A DNA stretch of 36,994 nucleotides from an uncultured virus (IMG/VR IMGVR_UViG_3300016471_000568) (lineage: Duplodnaviria > Heunggongvirae > Uroviricota > Caudoviricetes). Location: IMG/VR virus record IMGVR_UViG_3300016471_000568; one strand, written 5' to 3'. Both the position numbers and the translations under genes were made by a program. Under the pieces are notes generated by a model, which saw nothing but the letters and a program-made list of their open reading frames with translations, did not search any database and had not been told where the DNA came from. Positions 9,241-19,055 of the stretch are shown here, one piece after another (position 1 is the first letter of the stretch; the number at the start of each line of letters is the position of its first letter).

Positions 9241-9487
9241 ACGAGGCAAGTATCAAGTTACGTTGCACAATGACAATCACAATACGTTTGATCACGTTGT
9301 TTATTGTTTGGTTGACGCGTGCGGACACAATGAAATGCAAGCTCATCAGTGTGCGTTGATTGTGCACAATGCCGGGCGATGTGTTGTATTTATTGATTGT
9401 TATGAAGATTGTGAATTAGTTCATGAATATTTTTTGAAGAACAAATTAAAATCAACGTTGGAAAAACATGTTAAGAAAAATTCATAA
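9212..9487 (+). CDS. clpS: ATP-dependent Clp protease adaptor ClpS-like protein
   Basis: VTLHNDNHNTFDHVVYCL..CGH...QAHQCALIVHNAGRCVV, a Bacteroidota-type ClpS pattern. Confidence 0.85.
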   Translation: MSKKQSTKSKRGKYQVTLHNDNHNTFDHVVYCLVDACGHNEMQAHQCALIVHNAGRCVVFIDCYEDCELVHEYFLKNKLKSTLEKHVKKNS

Positions 9488-9668
9488 TGCCATACTTCGT
9501 TTTCGCATTGCAATACTTCATGCTACGTATCATCGCAACATGAAACGCATGGAACTAGCACGTAAAAAATTAGATGTTGTAGCATTTAAAACATATGCAT
9601 ACCGTGCAGAAGATGCATGGCGTAAACTAGTTATATTATCTGAAAAAACAAAACAATCAAATGGGTAA
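9468..9668 (+). CDS. Hypothetical protein
   Basis: ORF in a tightly packed run. Confidence 0.6.
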   Translation: MLRKIHNAILRFRIAILHATYHRNMKRMELARKKLDVVAFKTYAYRAEDAWRKLVILSEKTKQSNG

Positions 9669-10047
9669 AAAATCAGCACACACCGGAATGTCTCCAAAAG
9701 ATCGATCAGCAATGATCATGGATAAATTTATTTCTAAAAACATGAAACGAGAGGCACAGCAGCCGTTTCAAACAGGTATACGAAAAGATCCAAACGTTCC
9801 AATACATATGTGGCCATTGCAGGACCAAATTACGTATTGGGAAAATCGTACGGATGCAGATCGATTTGTAGATAAATATCCAATATATTCATTTTGGATT
9901 ACGGAGGTAAGAAAATTGTCTAAAGTTCATCCTACGTTCTTTGATGCAAAAATCAGTAAATTGCAAGATTTAGTTACGGAAATGTATAATACCAAAACGT
10001 TTCCACGAGATGCAGTTAACATTCTGCAGAAGCATGGAGTATATTGA
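9661..10047 (+). CDS. Hypothetical protein
   Basis: ORF in a tightly packed run. Confidence 0.7.
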   Translation: MGKKSAHTGMSPKDRSAMIMDKFISKNMKREAQQPFQTGIRKDPNVPIHMWPLQDQITYWENRTDADRFVDKYPIYSFWITEVRKLSKVHPTFFDAKISKLQDLVTEMYNTKTFPRDAVNILQKHGVY

Positions 10048-10601
10048 TGCAAGAAAAGCAATACAAATACGTTTACGGCATTGGCAAAACTGCGTTGGAT
10101 ATTCCGGAAAGCGAAATACGCTATGCAATGGAAAATACGAAATCCAATGCTGAAGCAGCTCGCTTTCTCAAAATATCATTCACTACTTATAAAAAGTATG
10201 CTCGAATGTATGAGGACCGAGACACCGGAAAAACTTTGTATGAACTTCACAAAAATCAATTTGGAGTTGGAATACCAAAAGATGTTTGCAAAGCCAATAA
10301 AGGTATCTATTCAATTGACAATATATTAACGGGTAAGCATCCTAATTATCCTACTTGGAAGCTACGCAATCGATTGTTAGCATTAGCAATATTTCCAGAA
10401 CAATGCAACAGCTGCGGTTATGCAGAACGCAGAATAACCGATGATACAGTTCCTTTACTTTTAGACCATATCGATGGCGATGACTCAAATCATTGCATTG
10501 AAAATCTTCAAATGCTTTGCATAAATTGTTACTATCAACAAACAGGTAATCCTTTTAATCAAGACAAAGAACGTTATTGGAATTACAATCTGCTTGAATA
10601 A
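10047..10601 (+). CDS. HTH plus HNH-fold protein
   Basis: SNAEAARFLKISFTTYKKY (HTH-like); CNSC...LDHIDGDDSNHCIENLQMLCINC (HNH/Zn). Start could be TTG 10044. Confidence 0.8.
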   Translation: MQEKQYKYVYGIGKTALDIPESEIRYAMENTKSNAEAARFLKISFTTYKKYARMYEDRDTGKTLYELHKNQFGVGIPKDVCKANKGIYSIDNILTGKHPNYPTWKLRNRLLALAIFPEQCNSCGYAERRITDDTVPLLLDHIDGDDSNHCIENLQMLCINCYYQQTGNPFNQDKERYWNYNLLE

Positions 10602-10612
10602 TATTTATTATT

Positions 10613-11362
10613 ATGATATCCATGAAGCGTTTATTTTTAGAAGGTCGTTATGATTCTTTAGTTACAAAGTTATCAAATACACTTTTAGCAATAATCAAAG
10701 ACAGTTACACGGCAACGCAAACAGAATCAGGAGAGTTTGGTGGAAAGAAAATATATTATACCAAATCTGAAACGGTACCTTCTATCGAAGATGATACACA
10801 ACAGCCGGCTGTGTATTTTGAAGAAGTTGAAAATGCAACCATACCGGTAGAATTTTACTTGCAATTAAAAATACAATGGATTGAAGGATTAAATGATTTG
10901 CGATATGGAGGCGATGCATACAATGATTCAAAGCGAGACTCGGCCGAGCCACCGCTGATTGAAGTTAGATTGGAAATTGATCCTGCAGAATATCCGAGAG
11001 TGTTGAGTGAAATTGCAATGAACTTGCGAGACACATTGCGTCATGAAATTGAACATGTAACGCAAAGTGGGTGGAATACAATTGATGGCAAATATATACC
11101 GTCAGATCAAAGTCTTCGCAATCGCATTGAAGCTGGTAAATTGCCTGCGGCACGTTATTTTACGTTGCCTAAAGAAATTCCAGCAATGCTTCAGGGATTG
11201 TATTTTAAGGCAAAAAAAAGCAAACAACCATTCAAAACAACAGTTGATGAATATTTATCTATGTGGGTAAATAATGGTACCATGTCTGCACAAGACAAAG
11301 AAAACATTTTAAACACTTGGCGAACATATCTTCCTAAATTAGGAATACGACAGGAAATGTAA
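10613..11362 (+). CDS. Putative zincin-like metalloprotein
   Basis: LRHEIEHVTQ (HExxH) with downstream YF.LPKEIPA. Confidence 0.65.
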   Translation: MISMKRLFLEGRYDSLVTKLSNTLLAIIKDSYTATQTESGEFGGKKIYYTKSETVPSIEDDTQQPAVYFEEVENATIPVEFYLQLKIQWIEGLNDLRYGGDAYNDSKRDSAEPPLIEVRLEIDPAEYPRVLSEIAMNLRDTLRHEIEHVTQSGWNTIDGKYIPSDQSLRNRIEAGKLPAARYFTLPKEIPAMLQGLYFKAKKSKQPFKTTVDEYLSMWVNNGTMSAQDKENILNTWRTYLPKLGIRQEM

Positions 11363-13200
11363 TGATTAAATTGAAACAACTTTTAGAGACGCAACTAATC
11401 AAAGAAGCATTACCTTTAGATATGGCCCGTAACTTTGTTAGCATCAAGCGAAATCCAGAAATTACACAACGATTAGATTCCGTATTAGATGCAATTAAAC
11501 AACGTCCAGATGCAAAATCATCGCGTAGAGGTGATAGAATTGCGGTAAAGTTTGAAAGCAAAGAAACAGTGTTTAACCCGGGCCAAGACAGTTTATCTCA
11601 TCAATTCACAAATTTTTATCCAGTTTTAAAACAATATGTAGTAGATGCTAATGCATTTTCTCAACGAGAAAATTTTGATACGTTCGAACTGCCAACTGTA
11701 GATCAAATCATATACGGCCAAGTAAAGGATGCATATGGTCGCACCACCAAAATGTCCAAATTTATTGCGGCTCTAGTTACACAAACAGATGTAAAGGGGT
11801 TTATTCCTAAATTAGAACGCCATGTTGAAACTGATGCAAAAGGAAAAAGAATGCTTGTTGGTACCGGCGGCAGCCGACCATGGGATGATGTTTTGGCACA
11901 AATAAAACAAGAAGCTAAAAAGAAAATAGATAACATCTTAAAACTTTATGATACAATTCCAGAAATACAGCGAGCTCGAGAAAACAAAGTAAAAACATAT
12001 TACATTGTGTTTTCCAAACATGCATATGATGTTGCCGGAATGAGTACGAATCGTGGTTGGACTAGTTGCATGAATTTATATTCGGGCATCAATAAACACT
12101 ACATACAATATGATGTTGAAAATGGTACCATGGTTGCATATTTAGTTGCAAATGATGATTTAAACATAACACGTCCCATTGCTCGAGTTGCAATTAAACC
12201 GTTTGTCAATACCGATGATGCAACCGATGTATTTTATGAACCAGAAGAACGTGTATATGGTAGTCCACCGCATACATTTTTAGAAGCTGTTAACAACATT
12301 GTAAATGCAGCACAACCCGGAAAAACGGGACGATTCAAAATGGTTGATACATTGTATTGTGATTCGAAACGATATCTTACTAAATATGGTACAGACAACA
12401 TTGAACAATTGGTTGCTAACATAATAAAACGCAAACAAATAGCCACTACAACGGATGAAGTATATTACATACTAGATAATTATGCAACGTATTACTCTTA
12501 TGGCAGCACATTGAATTTTTTAGATGCAGATAAATTGTATGTTGATGCTCCTGCATTCGATGTTGATTTTGGACTACCCATCTCAAATAACAATCCTACA
12601 TATTGTCCCATACAATTTAAAGAAATTAATGCATTGCGAATTACCAATTTAACTAGTTTTGAAAATTTTCCAGAATCATGTCATACTTTGGTATTGCGAA
12701 ATCCAAAAGTTAAGAATTTTCAAGGATGCCCAACTTCATTTGATACAATAAATCTTCTTGGTGGTGATTTTACTGATTTTTCAGGCTTACCTGGTGTCAG
12801 GCAGCTTGTTTTAAAACGAGGTACAGAGTCAAATGCAACTATTCGATCATTTCGGGGGTTGCCAGCAAGCATTGTTGAAATTCAATGTTTCGATAGCAGT
12901 GTAGATGTTGAAATGGATTTACAAGACTTGATACAACAAATAAAACCGTTGAATCTACAAAAATTAAGTTTGCCACAATTAGTCCTCAACATTCAAAATA
13001 CTTCTAAACTTAAAACTTCATTTGATGCAGCTGTTGCAAAAACTTTATCAACACTAGAAAATCCAACATCACAAACCATGGAAGTAGTAGCATATTTCAT
13101 GACATTGCAGCAAATACTTAATGATTTGCCATCATTGCGAGAAATTTGTAACATACATCGAGATGACATACAAAACAGAATCGATGCTTTGTTGCGATAA
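11362..13200 (+). CDS. 612-aa protein with C-terminal LRR-like repeats
   Basis: MSTNRGWTSCM core; repeats LTSFENFP, VKNFQGCP, FTDFSGLP and IRSFRGLP. Confidence 0.7.
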   Translation: MIKLKQLLETQLIKEALPLDMARNFVSIKRNPEITQRLDSVLDAIKQRPDAKSSRRGDRIAVKFESKETVFNPGQDSLSHQFTNFYPVLKQYVVDANAFSQRENFDTFELPTVDQIIYGQVKDAYGRTTKMSKFIAALVTQTDVKGFIPKLERHVETDAKGKRMLVGTGGSRPWDDVLAQIKQEAKKKIDNILKLYDTIPEIQRARENKVKTYYIVFSKHAYDVAGMSTNRGWTSCMNLYSGINKHYIQYDVENGTMVAYLVANDDLNITRPIARVAIKPFVNTDDATDVFYEPEERVYGSPPHTFLEAVNNIVNAAQPGKTGRFKMVDTLYCDSKRYLTKYGTDNIEQLVANIIKRKQIATTTDEVYYILDNYATYYSYGSTLNFLDADKLYVDAPAFDVDFGLPISNNNPTYCPIQFKEINALRITNLTSFENFPESCHTLVLRNPKVKNFQGCPTSFDTINLLGGDFTDFSGLPGVRQLVLKRGTESNATIRSFRGLPASIVEIQCFDSSVDVEMDLQDLIQQIKPLNLQKLSLPQLVLNIQNTSKLKTSFDAAVAKTLSTLENPTSQTMEVVAYFMTLQQILNDLPSLREICNIHRDDIQNRIDALLR

Positions 13201-13224
13201 CATATTTATAAGTGAGGAAACAAA

Positions 13225-13587
13225 ATGACACTTTATGAAAATCAAATACTGGTAGCAGAAGCATATTGTTCCGAATGCTTGATTGAAACAATCATGACAG
13301 CAGATGATGCACCGGAATACGTAACCATCAAGCAACCTGGAATGAATGAAGCTGAATATCATGGACGCAAAGTACAATTGGGCAAACCAATGCGCGGTGA
13401 TGTAAAGAAATTTAAAGTTTACGTTAAAAATGCCAAAGGCAACGTTGTAAAGGTTAACTTCGGCGACCCTAACATGAGAATACGTAAAAGCAATCCTGCA
13501 CGTAGGCGTTCATTTAGAGCAAGGCATCGTTGTCATACTGCCAAAGACAGGACCTCAGCAAGATATTGGTCTTGTAGAAAATGGTAA
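13225..13587 (+). CDS. Basic phage protein (KVNFGDP..RRRSFRARH.C..ARYWSC type)
   Basis: Motif pattern recalled from large phages; upstream ATATTTATA. Confidence 0.8.
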   Translation: MTLYENQILVAEAYCSECLIETIMTADDAPEYVTIKQPGMNEAEYHGRKVQLGKPMRGDVKKFKVYVKNAKGNVVKVNFGDPNMRIRKSNPARRRSFRARHRCHTAKDRTSARYWSCRKW

Positions 13588-13623
13588 TTTGGAATTACAA
13601 ACACAATTTCATATATTAGCATC

Positions 13624-13737
13624 ATGGAAAAGATTGAAGTAACAATGCAGGAAATTTGGCAAGCAACGCGTCCAATTGTTCAACGCAGCAAAAAATCTTA
13701 CACTCGCAAGAAAAAACATAAAAAACAAGAAGAATAG
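13624..13737 (+). CDS. 37-aa basic peptide with ArfA-like C-terminus
   Basis: MEKIEVTMQEIWQATRPIVQRSKKSYTRKKKHKKQEE; promoter-like motif at 13588-13620. Confidence 0.55.
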   Translation: MEKIEVTMQEIWQATRPIVQRSKKSYTRKKKHKKQEE

Positions 13738-13738
13738 G

Positions 13739-13770
13739 TTGGATGTTGACTCTTTATTTCATATTATATA
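13739..13770 (+). promoter_or_regulatory. TTGGA-N13-TTTCATATTATATA promoter-like motif
   Basis: Recurs intergenically at 14993, 19379 and 30035, with variants at 13589, 24287, 25094 and 27737; TTG-to-TA spacing as in Bacteroidota -33/-7 promoters. Confidence 0.7.
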
Positions 13771-13786
13771 GAAAAATAAAGAGCAT

Positions 13787-14938
13787 ATGAAAAACAAAGT
13801 AATTGGAGTACCAGCCATAGTAAATGGCAAACAAGTTATTGTAGATTCAAGTGGCAATGATGTTAGTTCATTGTTTCGCTCAATCATGATTAAACATGCA
13901 CACGATAACAATGAAGCGTTAGTGTTTGATGAAGAAACGGGTCGATCTAAACGCATAAGTATATCAGACGTAGAATTAGAATTTGCACCAAGTAACCTAG
14001 AACCAGAAATGCCACAAACACCAACAGAAGCCGATCCGGTAATGCATCTAATCCAAAATGCACATAAAATTAAACCCGCAACGTTAGAAATGTCTGACAT
14101 CAAATGGAAGTATTTGGTACGGTCAGCAGTGCGTGGTAAAAACATCATGATGGTTGGTCCTGCAGGTTGTGGTAAGACACAAGCCGCAAAAGATCTTCCA
14201 GTAGCAACCAATCGTCCATTCTTTTATTTTAATTTGGGTGCAACTCAAGATCCACGCGCAACGCTTATTGGTAATACACATTTCAAAGATGGTCAGACAT
14301 CATTTGATGAATCTGCGTTTGTCAAGGCAATTCAAACAGAGAATGCCGTTGTATTGCTAGATGAGTTGTCCAGAGCTCACCCTGAAGCATGGAACATCTT
14401 AATGACAGTATTGGATGAGGGTCAAAGGTATCTGCGATTAGATGAAGATATCAATTCTCCTACCATCCGTGTTGCAGCAGGCGTATCATTTATTGCAACA
14501 GCAAACATTGGTACCGAATATACATCTACAAGAGTATTGGACCGAGCATTGATGGATCGATTTGAAATTATTGAGGTTGATATTCTTTCTTTGTCCCAAG
14601 AAGAAGATTTATTGACCAAACGATTCCCGACAGTATCCAAGGCATTGATTCATTCAGTAGCTGATATTGCAGATGCAACCCGCAAAGAATGGAGGTCAGA
14701 AGAAGGTAAATTGACTACCATGATATCCACTCGTATGACGGTGCGCGTATGTGAATTGTTGGCAGATGGGTTTTCTTTGTCAGAGGCAGCCGAAGTTGCA
14801 ATTCTTCCATTCTTTGATGCATCAGGTGGTACGGATTCTGAAAGAACCTTTGTTAAGCAAATCATTCAGAAACATATGGCAACTGAAATGAAAGACATTT
14901 TCAATACAGGAAATGATATAAAAGACTCGGTATTTTAA
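13787..14938 (+). CDS. MoxR/CbbQ-NorQ-like AAA+ ATPase
   Basis: Walker A GPAGCGKT, Walker B VLLDELSRA, ATANIG and LDRALMDRF. Confidence 0.9.
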   Translation: MKNKVIGVPAIVNGKQVIVDSSGNDVSSLFRSIMIKHAHDNNEALVFDEETGRSKRISISDVELEFAPSNLEPEMPQTPTEADPVMHLIQNAHKIKPATLEMSDIKWKYLVRSAVRGKNIMMVGPAGCGKTQAAKDLPVATNRPFFYFNLGATQDPRATLIGNTHFKDGQTSFDESAFVKAIQTENAVVLLDELSRAHPEAWNILMTVLDEGQRYLRLDEDINSPTIRVAAGVSFIATANIGTEYTSTRVLDRALMDRFEIIEVDILSLSQEEDLLTKRFPTVSKALIHSVADIADATRKEWRSEEGKLTTMISTRMTVRVCELLADGFSLSEAAEVAILPFFDASGGTDSERTFVKQIIQKHMATEMKDIFNTGNDIKDSVF

Positions 14939-14956
14939 TTTTTCATAGCTCGAAAG

Positions 14957-14982
14957 AGGCGGCAGAAATGTCGCCTTTTTTT
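14957..14982 (+). terminator. Rho-independent terminator
   Basis: AGGCGGCA-GAAA-TGTCGCCT followed by a T tract. Confidence 0.85.
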
Positions 14983-15038
14983 ACATTAATGGTTGGAAAC
15001 TGAATATTAATTTCATATTATATATAAAAATAAAGAGC

Positions 15039-17087
15039 ATGAGTATATTAGGCAAATTTGATGGCAGAAGATATTTTTCCAATTCAGCATCTAGCTTTTG
15101 GTTGAATGAAAATTTTGATACAAACTTTAAACGTAGTGATGGCATTGATTATACCAAATTGGCTGCAACGCAACGTGCTATTGCTAATTTTGTTAACATT
15201 GTTACTGGTAAAACAATTCCCGTAATATTTCAGTCTACGGATTCTAGTTATACCGACGGCCAAAGCGTTGTTATTGGTACCAAGCTTGATGATAAGAATT
15301 TTGATTCAGCAGTTGGATTGGCATTGCATGAAGGTTCGCATATTGCATTGACTGATTTTGATATGTTTAAAGGTGGTACATTGTCCAACAGCAAAATGGC
15401 AAAAATTATTCAACTCAATGGATATGACCCCGAGATGACCATGACTCACAAAGATTTTGCAATCATCAAAGATTTATTGAATTGGATTGAAGATCGCCGC
15501 ATTGACTTTCATATTTATACAACCGCACCTGGTTACCGTATGTATTATGAAGCCATGTATGACAAATATTTCAATGATAAAATTATTGATAAAGCTCTGC
15601 GTGAAAATGAAAAGACTGATGAGTCTTGGGATGATTACATGTTTCATGTTATCAATTTAACTAATCCTAATCGCGAGTTACGAGCTCTAAAAGCATTGCA
15701 AGATATTTGGGATGTAATTGATTTGCGAAACATTCAACGACTTAAATCAACCGAAGATGCATTGTTAGTTGCGTGCAAAGTATATAAACTTATCAAAGAT
15801 GCTGTTGCAGAAACAGAAAAAGAACAACAAGAAACTCAACAAAACGAATCGGATGATGAAACTCAACAAGGCGATTCATCTACGAGTGGCAGCGGCGATG
15901 CTGATGACGATGATACGTCCAACGTAACCGATATCGAGTCTGCCACAGGCAACACTGCAACTTCTGCTTCTTCACTTTCTTCGTCAGAACAACAAAAATT
16001 AGATACGGCAATTGAACGACAACGAGATTTTCTTCGCGGAAGCAACAAAAAGACAGGCAGATTAACTAAAACACAAGCAAGCATTGTTAATGCAGTTCGC
16101 GAATCGGGTACAGAGGTTCGTCAAGTTGCAACAAATGAATCAGGGACAGCCGATATTGTTGATGCAATTGTTATTAAAAAATTGACTCCAAGCATCATTG
16201 CATCAATGCCGCAAATATTTGAAACGTGGGCTGACGAATTCATATCAGGTACTCGCAAGCTTGATGACAAGTCTCATAAAGCTAATACAATATTGCATAA
16301 TGATGCTGCAGTTATGCGAGGCATTGTGCTTGGTAAAATGTTAGGTAGAAAATTGCAACTTAGAAATGCAGACCAAACTTTGAAAACCACTCGTTTGCAA
16401 GCAGGTAAGATTGACCGAAGATTGGTTGCACAATTAGGATTTGATAATGCAAATGTATTTCATCGCATTGTTACGGACCGATATAAAAATTATTTTATTC
16501 ATATTTCAATTGATGCATCGGGATCAATGCAAGGTGAAAAATTTCTTAATTCAATTACATCGGCCGTAGCAGTAGCACAGGCCGCGGCAATGACGACAGG
16601 AATTCGTGTACAAATTTCGCTTCGAGGAACTAATTCTAGCATTAGCAATAAAGAAAGAGCGGTAACCTTATATGCATATGATTCGGCGCATGACAAACTA
16701 AGCAAGATTCGAAACTATTTCAAATATCTATCTACATTTGGATGTACTCCGGAAGGCATTGCATTTAAGAGTATTGAACAAGATATCAAACGAGATGCTA
16801 AAGGTGATGAATGTATCTTTGTTAATTATTCAGATGGTTATCCAACCAATGTATCGGGTTGTGCATATCAATACGATGGCGTAGGATTTACAAGACGCGT
16901 AATTAATGGATTCCGCGAATTGGGTATTAACATTGTTAGTTATTTTATTACAGGTAGTTATAGCGGCGAGAGTGATTCGAATACATTCCGTATGATGTAT
17001 GGCGTTGATTCAAAATTTATTGATCCTCGTAACATGAATGATGTGGCTCGAACTTTGAATTCAAAATTCTTGGAAATGGCACGATAA
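15039..17087 (+). CDS. Metallopeptidase-like plus vWA domain protein (CobT/NorD-like MoxR partner)
   Basis: LALHEGSH, NWIEDRRID, acidic linker, MIDAS DASGS, TPEG and SDG. Confidence 0.85.
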   Translation: MSILGKFDGRRYFSNSASSFWLNENFDTNFKRSDGIDYTKLAATQRAIANFVNIVTGKTIPVIFQSTDSSYTDGQSVVIGTKLDDKNFDSAVGLALHEGSHIALTDFDMFKGGTLSNSKMAKIIQLNGYDPEMTMTHKDFAIIKDLLNWIEDRRIDFHIYTTAPGYRMYYEAMYDKYFNDKIIDKALRENEKTDESWDDYMFHVINLTNPNRELRALKALQDIWDVIDLRNIQRLKSTEDALLVACKVYKLIKDAVAETEKEQQETQQNESDDETQQGDSSTSGSGDADDDDTSNVTDIESATGNTATSASSLSSSEQQKLDTAIERQRDFLRGSNKKTGRLTKTQASIVNAVRESGTEVRQVATNESGTADIVDAIVIKKLTPSIIASMPQIFETWADEFISGTRKLDDKSHKANTILHNDAAVMRGIVLGKMLGRKLQLRNADQTLKTTRLQAGKIDRRLVAQLGFDNANVFHRIVTDRYKNYFIHISIDASGSMQGEKFLNSITSAVAVAQAAAMTTGIRVQISLRGTNSSISNKERAVTLYAYDSAHDKLSKIRNYFKYLSTFGCTPEGIAFKSIEQDIKRDAKGDECIFVNYSDGYPTNVSGCAYQYDGVGFTRRVINGFRELGINIVSYFITGSYSGESDSNTFRMMYGVDSKFIDPRNMNDVARTLNSKFLEMAR

Positions 17088-17103
17088 ATCAATATAATAA
17101 CAT

Positions 17104-17343
17104 ATGAATTTATTAAAATCATTATATCGACATGGCGATGCAATGTACATTGTGATACAAAAAAAATCAATATCTCGGTTTGCAAAAAAAATAGGCGATG
17201 AACCTGATATGGACTATGTTAAATTGTACATGGAATGGATACAAGCAGACCACGTATTGCGATCGGATACGCATTTTTTATTTTGCGAAACCGTGCAAGA
17301 AACCGAATATGAAATGATTGATGAAACAAATAATATAAAATAA
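17104..17343 (+). CDS. Hypothetical protein
   Basis: ORF filling the gap between the vWA gene and thyA. Confidence 0.7.
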   Translation: MNLLKSLYRHGDAMYIVIQKKSISRFAKKIGDEPDMDYVKLYMEWIQADHVLRSDTHFLFCETVQETEYEMIDETNNIK

Positions 17344-17344
17344 T

Positions 17345-18472
17345 ATGGAACGAGATTACTTAAGACTGCTGCATGATGTTTTGCATAACGGCCAACCAAA
17401 GGATACTAGAAACGGAAAGACACGTTCAGTATTCGGAAGACAAATACGTCACAAGATGTCCGAGGGGTTTCCTTTACTCACAACCAAGAAGATGCCATTC
17501 CGCGTAATAGCAACCGAACTAATGTGGTTTCTTCGAGGTGATACAAACATCGAGTTCCTTGTTGATAATGATTGTCATATCTGGACTGGAGACGCTTACA
17601 AAAATTATTCAGAGAAGGTTGAATCCTGGGAACCTCATTTGAATAAGGAAATGTTTATCGATAGAATAAAAACGGATGTTATATTTGCTAAGAAGTGGGG
17701 TGAACTAGGCCCGATCTATGGTAAGCAATGGAGAAAGTGGCATACAGGTTGGGATGTAGTTGAAGATAAGAGTAAAGAGGCAGGCGTAAGAAGGATTGAG
17801 TACGGAATAGACCAAATCGCAAACCTAATCAATGACCTTAAAACAAATCCTGACTCAAGACGATTGATGGTTAATGCTTGGAATGTTGGAGAATTGGATT
17901 CAATGGTGCTTCCACCTTGTCATTATGGATTTCAAGTTTATACAAGAGAGTTGAGTTTGGAAGAGAAATGGGAACAATATGCTAAATCAGGTTTAAATAT
18001 AGAAATAAATGGAACACCATTAGAGTTAAAACATATGGGAACTCCATTCTATCCTAAGTCATTACCACAACGAGCAATCTCTTTAATGTGGAATCAACGT
18101 TCAGTAGACACATTTTTAGGTTTACCATTCAACATTGCTTCTTACGGCTTGTTATTAGAAATTATTGCAAAGGCAGTGAATATGGTTCCTGATGAATTGA
18201 TTGGTAACTTAGGTGATGTACATTTATATGAAAATCATATAGAACAGGCTCGTGAACAATTACGAAGAGAATTAATGCCATTACCAAAATTAAACATCAA
18301 TACAGAATGGTGGCCAACAGAAAGTGGTGAATGTGGTGAAGGTCCTTTAGATGCTGTAGCAGTGTTTAATGGGTTTACCAATGACAGCTTTTGTAAGTGT
18401 TTGTTGGAAGAAGATTTGCAATTGTATGACTACGATCCACACCCAACAATTAAAGCACCTTTATCAAATTAG
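17345..18472 (+). CDS. thyA: Thymidylate synthase
   Basis: GFPLLTTKK, LGPIYGKQWR, PDSRR, LPPCH, QRSVDTFLGLPFNIASY and DVHLYENH. Confidence 0.97.
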   Translation: MERDYLRLLHDVLHNGQPKDTRNGKTRSVFGRQIRHKMSEGFPLLTTKKMPFRVIATELMWFLRGDTNIEFLVDNDCHIWTGDAYKNYSEKVESWEPHLNKEMFIDRIKTDVIFAKKWGELGPIYGKQWRKWHTGWDVVEDKSKEAGVRRIEYGIDQIANLINDLKTNPDSRRLMVNAWNVGELDSMVLPPCHYGFQVYTRELSLEEKWEQYAKSGLNIEINGTPLELKHMGTPFYPKSLPQRAISLMWNQRSVDTFLGLPFNIASYGLLLEIIAKAVNMVPDELIGNLGDVHLYENHIEQAREQLRRELMPLPKLNINTEWWPTESGECGEGPLDAVAVFNGFTNDSFCKCLLEEDLQLYDYDPHPTIKAPLSN

Positions 18473-18474
18473 TT

Positions 18475-18723
18475 ATGAAAAAATATCTTATTATAGGACT
18501 TGCTGCATTCGTTTTAGAAACAGCATCTACCATGTATATTGCAACAGTAGCAGATCGTAGCCTTGCAATGATATTTTGGGCATTCATTGGACCGTTTTTA
18601 GGATTACCATTTGTGGGATACATGGTTGATTCTCAAACATGGCCAGATCGATTCAAAATGGCATTTGCTTCTAGTATAGGATATGTATTGGGTGCAATAA
18701 CAGTTTATGCAGGAAACATATGA
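18475..18723 (+). CDS. Small membrane protein
   Basis: Three hydrophobic segments. Confidence 0.7.
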   Translation: MKKYLIIGLAAFVLETASTMYIATVADRSLAMIFWAFIGPFLGLPFVGYMVDSQTWPDRFKMAFASSIGYVLGAITVYAGNI

Positions 18724-19055
18724 CAACAGATGATATCAAAATAGTACATCTCAAAAGCAATGCACAACGACTTGAAACGTGGATTGCAATGATTAACGGT
18801 GAGATTGTAGGACATATTTACATGGAGCGAGAAGATGACAGCAAAATCAAATTCCTTGATGCTTGGGTACATGAAGAACATCGACGCAAAGGAATATACA
18901 GAACATTATGGGAAACACGTTGGAACTATGCTCAAGCTCGCTACAAAGGATACAAAGTTTATGCTTGGTGTAAACCTGCATCGTTGCCATTGTTGTTGGA
19001 AAAGGGCTTTGATGCCGGAGAAACATGCACATACGTAGAAAAAATTATAGAATGA
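18720..19055 (+). CDS. GNAT-family acetyltransferase
   Basis: GEIVG, WVHEEHRRKGIYRTL (acetyl-CoA motif A) and LLEKGF. Confidence 0.85.
   Translation: MTTDDIKIVHLKSNAQRLETWIAMINGEIVGHIYMEREDDSKIKFLDAWVHEEHRRKGIYRTLWETRWNYAQARYKGYKVYAWCKPASLPLLLEKGFDAGETCTYVEKIIE

Noticed and set aside
14935..14951. Reverse-strand gene start (GAGCTATGAAAAA) after the MoxR gene
   Set aside because: Reads ATG AAA AAT TAA, stopping immediately; treated instead as an anti-start RNA element.
17940..18075. Intron or intein in thyA
   Set aside because: The roughly 40-aa in-frame insertion has no intein termini or splice features; it looks like a variable loop.
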